NCBI GenBank assembly: GCA_030059665.1
Contig: JANVYR010000001.1
Coordinates: 768,001-832,000 of the forward strand
Source of the DNA: Candidatus Calditenuis fumarioli
GTDB lineage: Archaea; Thermoproteota; Nitrososphaeria_A; Caldarchaeales; Calditenuaceae
Direction of reading: 5' to 3'
DNA: 64,000 nt
A program made the translations under genes and the position numbers. The notes under the pieces were generated by a model. The model was given only the letters and a program-made list of their open reading frames with translations, was not told the origin of the DNA and did no database searches. Below are positions 9,469-18,760 of the stretch, piece after piece (the first letter of the stretch is position 1; each line of letters begins with the position of its first letter).

Positions 9469-11383
9469 CCGATTCGTTCCTGACCTTGACGTAGAGCCGG
9501 ATCAGGACGACTAGGGCGGTCAACCAGATGGCAGAGAACAGGAGCGCCTGCGGGCTAACGAAGTAGAACGCAGCGGCCTCCATGACCTGGTCCTTGATCA
9601 ACTTGAGGCTGTCCTTTATCTGGTCCACACCCTGCTGGTACGTCGGAGATCCTCTCCCCTCGTAAGCCAAGGCCTTAGCCTCCTCGCGTAGCCGAGCCAG
9701 ATCCGATCTGATCAGCGAGAAATCCGTTCTAGGTGTGGGGAAGATCCAAACTGGGTTGCCCTCGGGCGGGATGAGCTCCAGGGCGCGCTCGATGTAGCTC
9801 ACCATCTCGTTGGCATCCGAGGTCGAGGCCCCTCTGACGAGGTAGGAGCTGGCTACGTCAAGCCTGTAATAGGTTTGGGAGTAGCCGTAAACAGAGGAGA
9901 TAAGGGCGATGGCAAGCATCGAGAAGATCGCCCATCTCAGAAGCCTCATTCTCAGGTTCCTTTCGGGCGCTTTCGACTTCGGAGCGTGGACCACTGACAA
10001 CACACCAGCGTAGAGAAGGGAGACGCCAGCGATGAACGTGTAGAGGACGTAACCGTGGAGGCCCCTGAGAAACGCGAAGAACGAAGTCGCCAGGGAAACT
10101 GTGCCCAGAGACAACTCCACGTAGGACTGCAGGTCCAACGGGAGGACGTATCTCTTTCGCCTCCAATCCCCTTCTCCGAACTTAGGCGTCCGCATGAACC
10201 CCCTCCTCAGACCGATGATGGCCTCGAGGACCGCGCGGGCGTTGTTGAGCGTCATGGAGGTCACGAAGATCACCATGTCAGGGAGTTCCTTCAGTCTCCT
10301 CAGGCCCAGGGACGTCGTTACGACGAAGCCGGTGATCAGCGCCCACGAAGCTGATGCCAAGATACCGCCTGAGGGAAGGCCTAGCAGCACGGCAAGCGGT
10401 GTCAACAGGAGCGCGACCAGGAAGAGGAGGTAGGGGATGTGCCTCGTCGCGTGAAGGAGGACCTGGAGCTTTGAAGCCAAGGGCATCCGGGAACGGATCA
10501 CGTTGAGGAGGTGAGCCTTTCCAACCTCAATAGCGCCGTATGCCCATCTGTACTGTTGCCTCTTCGCGGCCTCCATCTGTGGGGGCACCTCTCCGGGGCA
10601 AGACGGTTCGGCGAGGTAAACTATCCGCCAGCCTCGCATGTAGGCGCGCACGCTCAGCTCGAGGTCCTCGGCAAGGAATTGCCTCCAGCCGCCAGACTGC
10701 TCGATGCACTGCCTCCTCCACACGCCTGCTGTGCCGTTGAAGTTGAGGAAGAGACCAGCGCACGATCTGGCCCTCTGTTCGACCTCAAAGTGAAGGTCCA
10801 GGTTCAATGCTTGTCCCCTCGTAAGCGTGGAATCGTTGCGGTTCAGGTGATCCCATCTTACCTGTACAGCGCCCACGCGTTCATCGGCGAGCAGATAGGG
10901 CAGAACCCGCTTCAGGAAGTCTCTGGGAGGGACGAAGTCCGCGTCGAAAACCGCTATGAAGTCACCTCTCGTCACCTTCAAGGCCTCCTGCAGAGCGCCA
11001 GCCTTGAACCCCTTCCTAGAAGACCTCCTCATGTGAACGAACTCTATCCCCTTATCTGGGTTGGCCTGCAGGAACTCCTCGATGATCTCCGAGGTGTCGT
11101 CGGTCGAGTCGTCGATTACTACGACCTGGATCTTCTCTCGAGGGTAATCCAAGTTGATAATAGCGTCCAACAACCTCCTAACAACGTATCTCTCGTTGTA
11201 GACCGGGACGTGTATTGACACACAAGGCCAGTCGTTCGGCTCGATCTTCCGCGGTCTCCGACCTCCGGTGACGTAGGCCAGTAACGCCAGAACTACGTAG
11301 TTGGCTAACCAGATTGAGGAAATGAAACCCAAGGTTGCTATGAGTGTCTGTAGCGCCCAATTGACCCCCAAACCATCACGCAC
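9446..11383 (-). CDS. Processive GT2 (cellulose synthase-like) glycosyltransferase with an extra C-terminal extracytoplasmic helical domain
   Basis: VPVYNE, DDSTD, GFKAGAL, FDADF, NFNGTAG, LAEDLELS, QQYRW motifs; C-terminal TM-helical-TM extension. Confidence 0.9.
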   Translation of the reverse strand: MRDGLGVNWALQTLIATLGFISSIWLANYVVLALLAYVTGGRRPRKIEPNDWPCVSIHVPVYNERYVVRRLLDAIINLDYPREKIQVVVIDDSTDDTSEIIEEFLQANPDKGIEFVHMRRSSRKGFKAGALQEALKVTRGDFIAVFDADFVPPRDFLKRVLPYLLADERVGAVQVRWDHLNRNDSTLTRGQALNLDLHFEVEQRARSCAGLFLNFNGTAGVWRRQCIEQSGGWRQFLAEDLELSVRAYMRGWRIVYLAEPSCPGEVPPQMEAAKRQQYRWAYGAIEVGKAHLLNVIRSRMPLASKLQVLLHATRHIPYLLFLVALLLTPLAVLLGLPSGGILASASWALITGFVVTTSLGLRRLKELPDMVIFVTSMTLNNARAVLEAIIGLRRGFMRTPKFGEGDWRRKRYVLPLDLQSYVELSLGTVSLATSFFAFLRGLHGYVLYTFIAGVSLLYAGVLSVVHAPKSKAPERNLRMRLLRWAIFSMLAIALISSVYGYSQTYYRLDVASSYLVRGASTSDANEMVSYIERALELIPPEGNPVWIFPTPRTDFSLIRSDLARLREEAKALAYEGRGSPTYQQGVDQIKDSLKLIKDQVMEAAAFYFVSPQALLFSAIWLTALVVLIRLYVKVRNESGGSGEGD

Positions 11384-11447
11384 GCCCTCGAATCGAATTT
11401 AAAGCTGCAGGGACGGTTCGTATGCCCTGTTCCAGAATCCACCCATG

Positions 11448-12386
11448 TCACTTGCACGTCAGGCCGAGCGCTCTGCTCACCTCGGTCAACGCGGACCGCG
11501 GGTCAGGTCCTATGGGCAGCCCTATGCAGACGTGATCCACGCCAGCCTTCGAGATCTCGCGACAACCCTCCGCGAAGTCCTCCGCCGGCCCGAAGAAGGC
11601 GAAGTTGCCGATCAGGTCCTCCAGGCGTTTGTCGGGGCGATCCCAGCTCACGTACCTCAGCTCGTCAGGACCCACACCGGCGAAGGAGAGCATCGGCGAC
11701 CGCCCCACCAGCTCCCAAAGGTACTTCCGCAGCACAGGCCCGAGGAACTCCAGCGCCCTCCTCCTGTCGTCGCATATGCAACAGAAAGGCCTCGCGATGA
11801 CTTCGAACCCTTCCCTTTCCCTGCCAGCCTCCGAGAGCGACCGGCGTATAACGTCCACCAGGAAGCGAGCGTAATCCGTGTTCCAGAGGCCGTCCACGAC
11901 GACGCCCTTCACGAAGGGCAGCTTACAGACCTCGGAGATCAGCCTCGGGCCTGAGGTGCCCACCAGGATCGCGGGCGTCCTGCGAGTCCACCAGTCCAGG
12001 CACGGTCCGGTCCTGCAGCACAGCAGATCCGCAAGCGTTCTGAGGTAGCCCACGAAGTCCCTGACCTTCGGCCTGCCAGTGCCCATCGTCTCGCTGAACG
12101 CTCCCCTCGATACCCCGATCAGGGCCCTCTCGCCTGCGAACTCCGCGAGAGACTGAACGAGTCGGGCCAACGTGAAGGGATCGTAGGCGAAGGACGGTAC
12201 GGTCACCGGCCCAACGGCCACCCTCCTCGTCCTAGACGCTATCAGGAACGCCAGCGGCCACGCGGGCCTGTTGATCATGTGCTCGTATATCTGGACCGAG
12301 TGGAAGCCGCAGTTTTCCGCGCGGACCGCGAGATCGAGGAGCTCGTCGTATCTCTTGGAACATTCCAGCGCAACGCTGAACAGCAC
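11448..12386 (-). CDS. LLM-class (luciferase-like/Mer-like) flavin- or F420-dependent oxidoreductase
   Basis: RAENCGFHSVQIYEH, LIASRTRRVAVGP, GTSGPRL, AGVDHVCIGLPIGP. Confidence 0.8.
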   Translation of the reverse strand: MLFSVALECSKRYDELLDLAVRAENCGFHSVQIYEHMINRPAWPLAFLIASRTRRVAVGPVTVPSFAYDPFTLARLVQSLAEFAGERALIGVSRGAFSETMGTGRPKVRDFVGYLRTLADLLCCRTGPCLDWWTRRTPAILVGTSGPRLISEVCKLPFVKGVVVDGLWNTDYARFLVDVIRRSLSEAGREREGFEVIARPFCCICDDRRRALEFLGPVLRKYLWELVGRSPMLSFAGVGPDELRYVSWDRPDKRLEDLIGNFAFFGPAEDFAEGCREISKAGVDHVCIGLPIGPDPRSALTEVSRALGLTCK

Positions 12387-12442
12387 GTCGCTCGTCCTCC
12401 ATGCACTCGCTTAACCGTTCACGTCACATCAGATTGAGGTTT

Positions 12443-12964
12443 TCAAAGGGCTCGGAGGTGGTTCTCGATGTTCTCAGCGAGCATCCTTGCGACCGACCGC
12501 GGGTCGAAGGGCCAGGCGTAGACCACCTTCTTCGGGGAGATCTTCTCCCTGTAACGCTCGATCACCGACGGTATCTCCTCCTCGGCGTGCTCGCCACCGC
12601 GTGTGGTCATCGTCGTCACAACCACTATCACGTCGACGTCGCTCCTCGAAGCCTCATCAAGCACCTCCTCCAGCGTAGGCGCGCAGAACTCGTTGAAGGC
12701 CACCCAGACCTCGTCGTATCTTCCGATCCGCTTCAGCTCCTCCGAAAGCACCCTCAGCGAGTGCGCGTACGGGTCGTTCGCATCGTTGCGGGGCCAGCTC
12801 ATGATGGTTTTCTCGAGGGACCTCAGCCTCTCTTCCTCCTCAGCTGACCTGCTGGCCTTGAACTTCAGGCTCAGGTACTCTCCCTTCATTTTGGGTGGGA
12901 GGTCCTTCGGCAGCTGACCGTGACCTACGAGGATCACGCCGACCTTGGGTCTGTTCTCCCTCAC
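12443..12964 (-). CDS. CbiX/SirB-type class II chelatase with an insertion after the GHG motif
   Basis: ILVGHG, VAFNEFCAPTLEE, RGGEHAEEEIP. Confidence 0.85.
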   Translation of the reverse strand: MRENRPKVGVILVGHGQLPKDLPPKMKGEYLSLKFKASRSAEEEERLRSLEKTIMSWPRNDANDPYAHSLRVLSEELKRIGRYDEVWVAFNEFCAPTLEEVLDEASRSDVDVIVVVTTMTTRGGEHAEEEIPSVIERYREKISPKKVVYAWPFDPRSVARMLAENIENHLRAL

Positions 12965-13102
12965 GGCTCGAACCCGTTCACGCAGCCTATAAATCGGAAC
13001 GGACGTTCACTTCCATGAAGATCCCGCACGTCCAGGTCGCGAGGTCACTGAGCATCGAACGAAGCTCGAGGCCCAGATCAAGAGCGATCACGAGAGCGCT
13101 TC

Positions 13103-14287
13103 TCACGGTCGAACCGGTCTCTCGTCCAACGGATCGTAGACGCAGGAGGGATCGGATTCCAGAGGATCCCCTGTGAAGGAGAAGGCTCTGGCCCTAGATC
13201 CGCCGCAGACGAGCCTGTACTCGCAGAGACCGCACCTCCCCTTGAACCTCCCCTCCCTCATCGCCAGCAGGAGCGGATGCTCCCGGTAGATCCCGACGAT
13301 GGATTGCGTCTTGACGTTTCCGAGTCGGACAGGCAGGAATCCGGACGGGTAGACGTCGCCGTTGTACGCCACGAATATCACTCCGTTGCCGTCACGCGTG
13401 GGGATGAAGGCGCTATCGGCTTCTTGCACGGGAGGCCCGAGGAGCTCGTTGAGTTCCGCCTGCAGGCGATCGAGGAGGGCCTCACCCTCACCGACAGGCC
13501 TCACCCACGAGCCCAGCTTGACCCGCCTGAAGAAGGGAGCCTCCACGGTCCTGACCTGCAACCCCCTCCTCGAGACCTCGAGCAGGAACCGCATGACGAC
13601 CTCGTACTCCCATGGTCTTATGTCGAGCTCGGCCACAGCCCTCCCCGTGACCACAAGGAAGAAGACCTCCCAGACGGTGACTCCGAGCCTCCTGAGCAAG
13701 CGTGCGATCCTCGGCAGCTCCAGAACGTTCCTCCTCCAGACCACCGTGTTGACCTGGACCCGGAGCCCCTCTTCCAGCGCCTCCCTGATCGCCTTAACCG
13801 TTGACTCGAAGGACCCGTTGACCATCCTCATGTAGTCGTGGGTCTCTGGACCAGCGCCGTCGAGGCTGACGGACATCATCTTCACTCCTGACGCCTTCAG
13901 GCGTCTCATCACCTCCCGGGTGAGGTGCGGCGAGACGGCCGGCGAGACAGCTACCGGCACGGACAGTTCGTTCGCTTTCTCGATGAGGTCGAAGAGGTCC
14001 CTCCTCTGGAGCGGGTCACCGCCAGTCAGCACCAGCAGCGGCTTGGGATCTCCGAAGCTCGCGACCTCCTCGATCAGCCTGAACCCCTCTTCCGTCGTGA
14101 GCTCTCCCGGAAGGGGGTTGGGTATGGCCATGGCCCTGCAGTGCCTGCAGGCCAGAGGACAGGCCTTAGTAGTCTCCCAGAAGACCAGTAACGGTGACCT
14201 CTTGAACCTCTCCAGCCAGGCGCCGAGCTTCTCGTCGAGGTAAGGTGGTCTTCCGCTGATCCCCTCAACGGAGTAGGTGCCCACCAC
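13103..14287 (-). CDS. ahbD: AhbD/NirJ-like radical SAM-SPASM protein (TIGR04053-like), probable Fe-coproporphyrin decarboxylase
   Basis: VFWETTKACPLACRHCRA, LTGGDPL, GDVYPSGFLP, KGRCGLCEYRLVCGGSRARA...DPSC; lies inside the hem operon. Confidence 0.75.
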   Translation of the reverse strand: MVGTYSVEGISGRPPYLDEKLGAWLERFKRSPLLVFWETTKACPLACRHCRAMAIPNPLPGELTTEEGFRLIEEVASFGDPKPLLVLTGGDPLQRRDLFDLIEKANELSVPVAVSPAVSPHLTREVMRRLKASGVKMMSVSLDGAGPETHDYMRMVNGSFESTVKAIREALEEGLRVQVNTVVWRRNVLELPRIARLLRRLGVTVWEVFFLVVTGRAVAELDIRPWEYEVVMRFLLEVSRRGLQVRTVEAPFFRRVKLGSWVRPVGEGEALLDRLQAELNELLGPPVQEADSAFIPTRDGNGVIFVAYNGDVYPSGFLPVRLGNVKTQSIVGIYREHPLLLAMREGRFKGRCGLCEYRLVCGGSRARAFSFTGDPLESDPSCVYDPLDERPVRP

Positions 14288-14293
14288 TGCGCA

Positions 14294-14776
14294 TCACCCG
14301 AACCTCAGCGCGGTTCCTAAGACCGCGAGGGCGATGGACAGGACCACGGTCGCCCACCCTACGATCACGATCCTCCTCCTGAGGGCACGAGCACCGTTTG
14401 AGTTCGCTATCCTTGCGATTGAGGCCCCCAGGGACGAATGGTACTCGACCAGGATCAGGACAGCGGTACCCAGCATCACCTTGAGCAGTACGAGGACTAC
14501 GGGCCTGTACTCGAAGGCAAACGCGAGGAGCGCTGAGAGGAACCCCCTTTGCATCGCGAGGAGAGCGCCGCTGACTATAGCAAGGTAGAGGGAGGTCCTG
14601 GTCAGAGGTCTGAGCCTTCTGCCCATCTCAGAGGATATGGCGATCGACGCAGGGCTGCCGACGAACCGTCTGACGACTCTCACGGCCAGCGAGAGCGAGA
14701 TGATCGAACCTATCCAGATGGATGCGGCGACCACGTGAACTGCCTTGATGAGCATTAGCGTGAGCAGCTCATCCAT
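14294..14776 (-). CDS. Four-TM HemJ/CopD-like membrane protein
   Basis: IKAVHVVAASIWIG, EMGRRL and LLKVML...EYH align by eye to HemJ-clan motifs; 3 nt from hemE and 6 nt from ahbD. Confidence 0.6.
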   Translation of the reverse strand: MDELLTLMLIKAVHVVAASIWIGSIISLSLAVRVVRRFVGSPASIAISSEMGRRLRPLTRTSLYLAIVSGALLAMQRGFLSALLAFAFEYRPVVLVLLKVMLGTAVLILVEYHSSLGASIARIANSNGARALRRRIVIVGWATVVLSIALAVLGTALRFG

Positions 14777-14779
14777 CTC

Positions 14780-15793
14780 TCACGCACCCCACTTCTTCAC
14801 GAACTCCACGAGCGCTCGGAGCGCATCGACCGGTGTGAGGGGATGAACGCCGTGCCCCAGACTGAAGACGTGCCCCCTCCTGCCCTCGGTCGAGACGAGG
14901 ATCCTCGTGGCCTCCTCCAGCACTAGGTGCTGGTCGCAGAGCAGCAGCGAGGGGTCGAGGTTTCCCTGGATGCCTACTGAACGGCCGATCTCAAGCCAGG
15001 CCTTCCTGATGTCAACCGTCCAGTCCACAGCGATGACGTCCGCACCCGTCGTCCCGAGGGACTTCAGCTGATGCGCTGGGAAGCGAACGCAGTATATCAC
15101 AGGCACGTTGAGGCTTTTCGCCCGGAGGACGAGGGACCTGCTGTACTGCAGCACGTGCTTCCGGAACTGTTCGTCGCTGAGGGTGTAAGCGAGGGTGTCG
15201 AAGAGGGCCACGGCCCTGGCACCTGCACGGACCTGCTCCTCGACGTAGATCCCCAGCAACTCCACCAGCGATTCCATGAGCCTCTCCCATTCGGGGCCCC
15301 TCCTCATGAGCGCCCTAACCCGAGCGGCGTCCCTCTCCTTCCCTCCCAACAGGTAGACAGAAGCAGTGTACGGTGCACCCGCGAAGCCTATGATGGGGAC
15401 CGAGTCGGAAAGGATCTTCCTCGAAAGCGACACGGTCTCGTAAACGTAGTGGACCGAGTTCGCCTCGAACCTCCCCAGAAGTCCCAGCAGCTCGGGCAGA
15501 TCGGGGACGTTGGCCAGAAACGGCCCGGAGCCGTCGTAAACCGCCCTCAGACCGGCTCCCTCGAAGGGCGTGAGGAGGTCCGCGAAGACTATGGCGGCGT
15601 CGACTCCCAGAACGCGGACCGGAAGGGCGGTGAGCTCAGCGGAGGACTCGACGTCCCTGAAGAGCTCGTCGAGCGGCCTACCCCGCCTTATCTGCTCGTA
15701 CTGTGGAAGGTACCTTCCGGCCTGTCTCATGAACCAGACGGGCCTCCTCTCGGTCTCCTCCAGCCTGCAGGCCCTAAGGAGCAGGTCGTTCAT
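14780..15793 (-). CDS. hemE: Uroporphyrinogen decarboxylase
   Basis: PVWFMRQAGRYLPQY, DAAIVFADLL, IGFAGAPYT, IQGNLDP, VFSLGHGV. Confidence 0.96.
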   Translation of the reverse strand: MNDLLLRACRLEETERRPVWFMRQAGRYLPQYEQIRRGRPLDELFRDVESSAELTALPVRVLGVDAAIVFADLLTPFEGAGLRAVYDGSGPFLANVPDLPELLGLLGRFEANSVHYVYETVSLSRKILSDSVPIIGFAGAPYTASVYLLGGKERDAARVRALMRRGPEWERLMESLVELLGIYVEEQVRAGARAVALFDTLAYTLSDEQFRKHVLQYSRSLVLRAKSLNVPVIYCVRFPAHQLKSLGTTGADVIAVDWTVDIRKAWLEIGRSVGIQGNLDPSLLLCDQHLVLEEATRILVSTEGRRGHVFSLGHGVHPLTPVDALRALVEFVKKWGA

Positions 15794-15799
15794 CGCACC

Positions 15800-17062
15800 T
15801 CAACCTCCGAGCGACCGCTCGAGCTCGGGGACGACCTCGGAGTGTGACACCGTAACGAAGGAGGCCTCGAACTGCGACGGCGGCATCAGCACACCGGACT
15901 TCAGAAGGGCATCGAAGAAGGCCCTGAACGACCCCGCGTCCGAGGACTTTGCGTCCCTGTAGTTCCTAACGCGTCTTCCGCGGGTGAAGAAGACCGTGAA
16001 CATGGAGCCGACCCTGTTCAGAACGGGGCCCTCACCGAACCCGGAGGCCAGCTTCAGCAGCGCGTCACCGACCCTCCTCCCCACGTCCTCGAGGACCTCG
16101 TACGTCCCACTGCTCAGGCTCCTGACGGTCGCAAGGCCCACGGCCATCACCAGAGGGTTGCCGGCGAAGGTGCCAGCGTGGTAGACTGGCCCCTCAGGCG
16201 CGAGGAGCCTCATCACCTCGGACCTCCCTCCCACGCATCCTATCGGCAGCCCTCCTCCCAGGACCTTCCCGAGGCACGTGAGGTCTGGCTCAACCCGGTA
16301 GAGCTCCTGGGCTCCACCCTTAGCCACCCTGAAGCCCGTAACGACCTCGTCGAAGACGAGGAGACATCCCTCTCTGTCAGCGACCTCCCTCAGCTCCTCG
16401 AGGAACCCGTCCTCGGGCGTCACGACCCCCATGTTCGCCGGTATAGGCTCGAGGAGAATGGCTGCGACCTGGCCCCTGTGACTTCTGAGCGCCCTCCTTA
16501 CGGATTCCACGTCGTTGAACGGCACCACGATTGTGTCGGCCACCACCTCGTCCGGTATCCCAGCTGAGAATGGAACACCGATCATCGATTCAGGATCGCG
16601 TGACTCCTTGACGAGGAGCGAATCGGAATGTCCGTGATAGCAGCCTTCGAAGACCAGGACCTTCTTCCTTTTGGTATAAGCCCTGGCGAGCCTGACCGCC
16701 GTCATGACGCTCTCCGTTCCGGAGTTGGTGAACCGCACGAGCTCCACAGACCTGAAGGATTTGGTGACCTCCTCCGCGAGCTCGACCTCGAGCTCACACG
16801 TCAGGCCCAGCATATGCCCCTCCCTGATCCTCTCAACCGCGGCCGCGACGACCTCATCCTGTGCGTGCCCCAAGATTATCGAGCCCCATCCGCAGATCAG
16901 ATCGATGTACCTCCTTCCGTCCTGATCGTACACGAATGGGCCCTTCGCCCTGGCGAGGACTACGGGATTGGAGCCCACCGACCGGAAGGCCCTCACAGGG
17001 CTGTTAACCCCTCCTACCAGGACCCTCTTGGCCCTCTCGAGGACGAGCGAAGAGCCCATCAC
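15800..17062 (-). CDS. hemL: Glutamate-1-semialdehyde aminomutase
   Basis: GGVNSPVRAF, FEGCYHGH, FDEVVTGFR, GKVLGGGLPIG. Confidence 0.96.
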   Translation of the reverse strand: MMGSSLVLERAKRVLVGGVNSPVRAFRSVGSNPVVLARAKGPFVYDQDGRRYIDLICGWGSIILGHAQDEVVAAAVERIREGHMLGLTCELEVELAEEVTKSFRSVELVRFTNSGTESVMTAVRLARAYTKRKKVLVFEGCYHGHSDSLLVKESRDPESMIGVPFSAGIPDEVVADTIVVPFNDVESVRRALRSHRGQVAAILLEPIPANMGVVTPEDGFLEELREVADREGCLLVFDEVVTGFRVAKGGAQELYRVEPDLTCLGKVLGGGLPIGCVGGRSEVMRLLAPEGPVYHAGTFAGNPLVMAVGLATVRSLSSGTYEVLEDVGRRVGDALLKLASGFGEGPVLNRVGSMFTVFFTRGRRVRNYRDAKSSDAGSFRAFFDALLKSGVLMPPSQFEASFVTVSHSEVVPELERSLGG

Positions 17063-18039
17063 CTACCACCCCGCAGCAGCTCCGCCACCTCCAGGGCCGA
17101 GTAGGTGATGATGACGTCAGCTCCCGCACGCCTGATCGCCATGAGCGCCTCAAGCTCCACCTGAAGGTCGTTGAGCCATCCGAGCCTGCCGGCGGCCCTG
17201 ATCATCGCGTACTCGCCGCTCACGTGGTAAGCAGCGATGGGGACGTTGAAGCGCCTCCTCACCTCAGCTATGACGTCCAGGTAGAAGAGAGCAGGCTTGA
17301 CCATGACGATGTCGGCCCCCTCAGCCACGTCCAGCTCGACCTCCCTGACGGCCTCTCTGGCGTTGGCTGGGTCCATCTGGTAAGTGGACCTGTCGCCGAA
17401 GGCTGGGGCGGATCCGGCGGCCTCCCTGAAGGGGCCGTAGAGCGAAGACGCGAACTTGGCGCTGTAGGACATGATGAGCGTGTCGGTGTAACCTTCCCTG
17501 TCGAGGGCCCTCCTGATCGCGGCCACCTGATGGTCCATCATGGCGCTGGGTGCGACGACGTCCGCTCCAGCCTCAGCGTGGCTCACCGCGGTGCGGGCCA
17601 ATAGCTCGAGCGTCTCGTCGTTCACCACCTTCCCGTTCCTCACGACTCCACAATGCCCGTGGGAGGTGTACTGGCACAGGCAGACGTCCGTCGCTATCAC
17701 GCCCCTGTACCCGCTCGCCCTGAGGGCCCTGACCGCCCTCTGGACTATCCCCTCCCTGCTGTAGGCCATCGATCCCAGCTCGTCCTTCACCGAAGGGATG
17801 CCGAAGACGAGCAGCCCGGCCACCCCCAGCTCCTCAGCCCTCGGCGCGACGTCGTTCACCAGCACGTCCACCGAGACCCTCTCCACCCCGGGAAGCGAGT
17901 TCAGGGGCTCCCTGATCCCCTCCCCCTCCCTCACGAAGACCGGGTATAGGAACCTCGAGGGCCGTAGGTCCGTCTCCCTCACCATCGACCTTATCGCCGG
18001 AGAGATCCTGAGCCTTCTGAGCCTCACCACCTCATGCAA
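17059..18039 (-). CDS. hemB: Porphobilinogen synthase (Zn type)
   Basis: DVCLCQYTSHGHCG, APSAMMDHQV, MSYSAKFAS, MVKP. Confidence 0.97.
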   Translation of the reverse strand: MHEVVRLRRLRISPAIRSMVRETDLRPSRFLYPVFVREGEGIREPLNSLPGVERVSVDVLVNDVAPRAEELGVAGLLVFGIPSVKDELGSMAYSREGIVQRAVRALRASGYRGVIATDVCLCQYTSHGHCGVVRNGKVVNDETLELLARTAVSHAEAGADVVAPSAMMDHQVAAIRRALDREGYTDTLIMSYSAKFASSLYGPFREAAGSAPAFGDRSTYQMDPANAREAVREVELDVAEGADIVMVKPALFYLDVIAEVRRRFNVPIAAYHVSGEYAMIRAAGRLGWLNDLQVELEALMAIRRAGADVIITYSALEVAELLRGGR

Positions 18040-18760
18040 CGCGCATCACCCTCCGGAGCTCCCTGACCAGGCCGTCGAGCGAGTGCTCCTCAGCAACTGC
18101 CATCACCTCCAGTCCATGTTCCCTAGCGGCCGCCGAGGTAACCGGTCCAATGCAGATCGCCGGCCTCGGTTCGCAGCCTTGTAGCTCGCAGAGCGTCCGG
18201 TAAGCCCTGGCAGCGCTCGGAGAGCCCAGAAGGACGACCGAGTGATCCCTCGGCAGCTCCACGTCCTCTCTCACCCTGACCGAATAGGCCCTAACCTGCA
18301 CGACGCTCCTAGCGCCTCTCCTCAGCAAGGCTGAAACGAGCTCGTCGCTTGCAAGGGCGGATCTGAAGGCTATCACCGATGTGCCCTCGACGTCAGGCAG
18401 TTCCTCGGCTAGAGCGGAGACCGTGTACCTCTTCGGGACGAAAACCTCACCGTCCCAGATCGCCCTTAAGGCTTCGGCGCTCGCTGGCCCGACGGCCCCG
18501 ACGCGTCTCAGACCGTCAAGCGGTCTCCTCAGCCCCACACGATCGGCGACGAGCGAGATCGACCGCACGGCGTTTACGCTGGTGAATATCCCCCAGTCGT
18601 ATTCGCGTATCGATCTGAGTGATTCGGCAACCACATTGAAGTTCGTTTCCTCTACTAACGCGTCGAGTGCTGTAAACGGGATCCCGATTCTGTTGAGGAC
18701 CGAACCGGCTCTCCTGCAGAACCCTTCCGTTCCGACGACCAGGACGTTAATAGCCCGCAT
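18032..18760 (-). CDS. hemD: Uroporphyrinogen-III synthase
   Basis: IFTSVNAV, AVGPASAEAL, LGSPSA, ICIGPVT; position in the operon. Confidence 0.88.
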   Translation of the reverse strand: MRAINVLVVGTEGFCRRAGSVLNRIGIPFTALDALVEETNFNVVAESLRSIREYDWGIFTSVNAVRSISLVADRVGLRRPLDGLRRVGAVGPASAEALRAIWDGEVFVPKRYTVSALAEELPDVEGTSVIAFRSALASDELVSALLRRGARSVVQVRAYSVRVREDVELPRDHSVVLLGSPSAARAYRTLCELQGCEPRPAICIGPVTSAAAREHGLEVMAVAEEHSLDGLVRELRRVMRVA

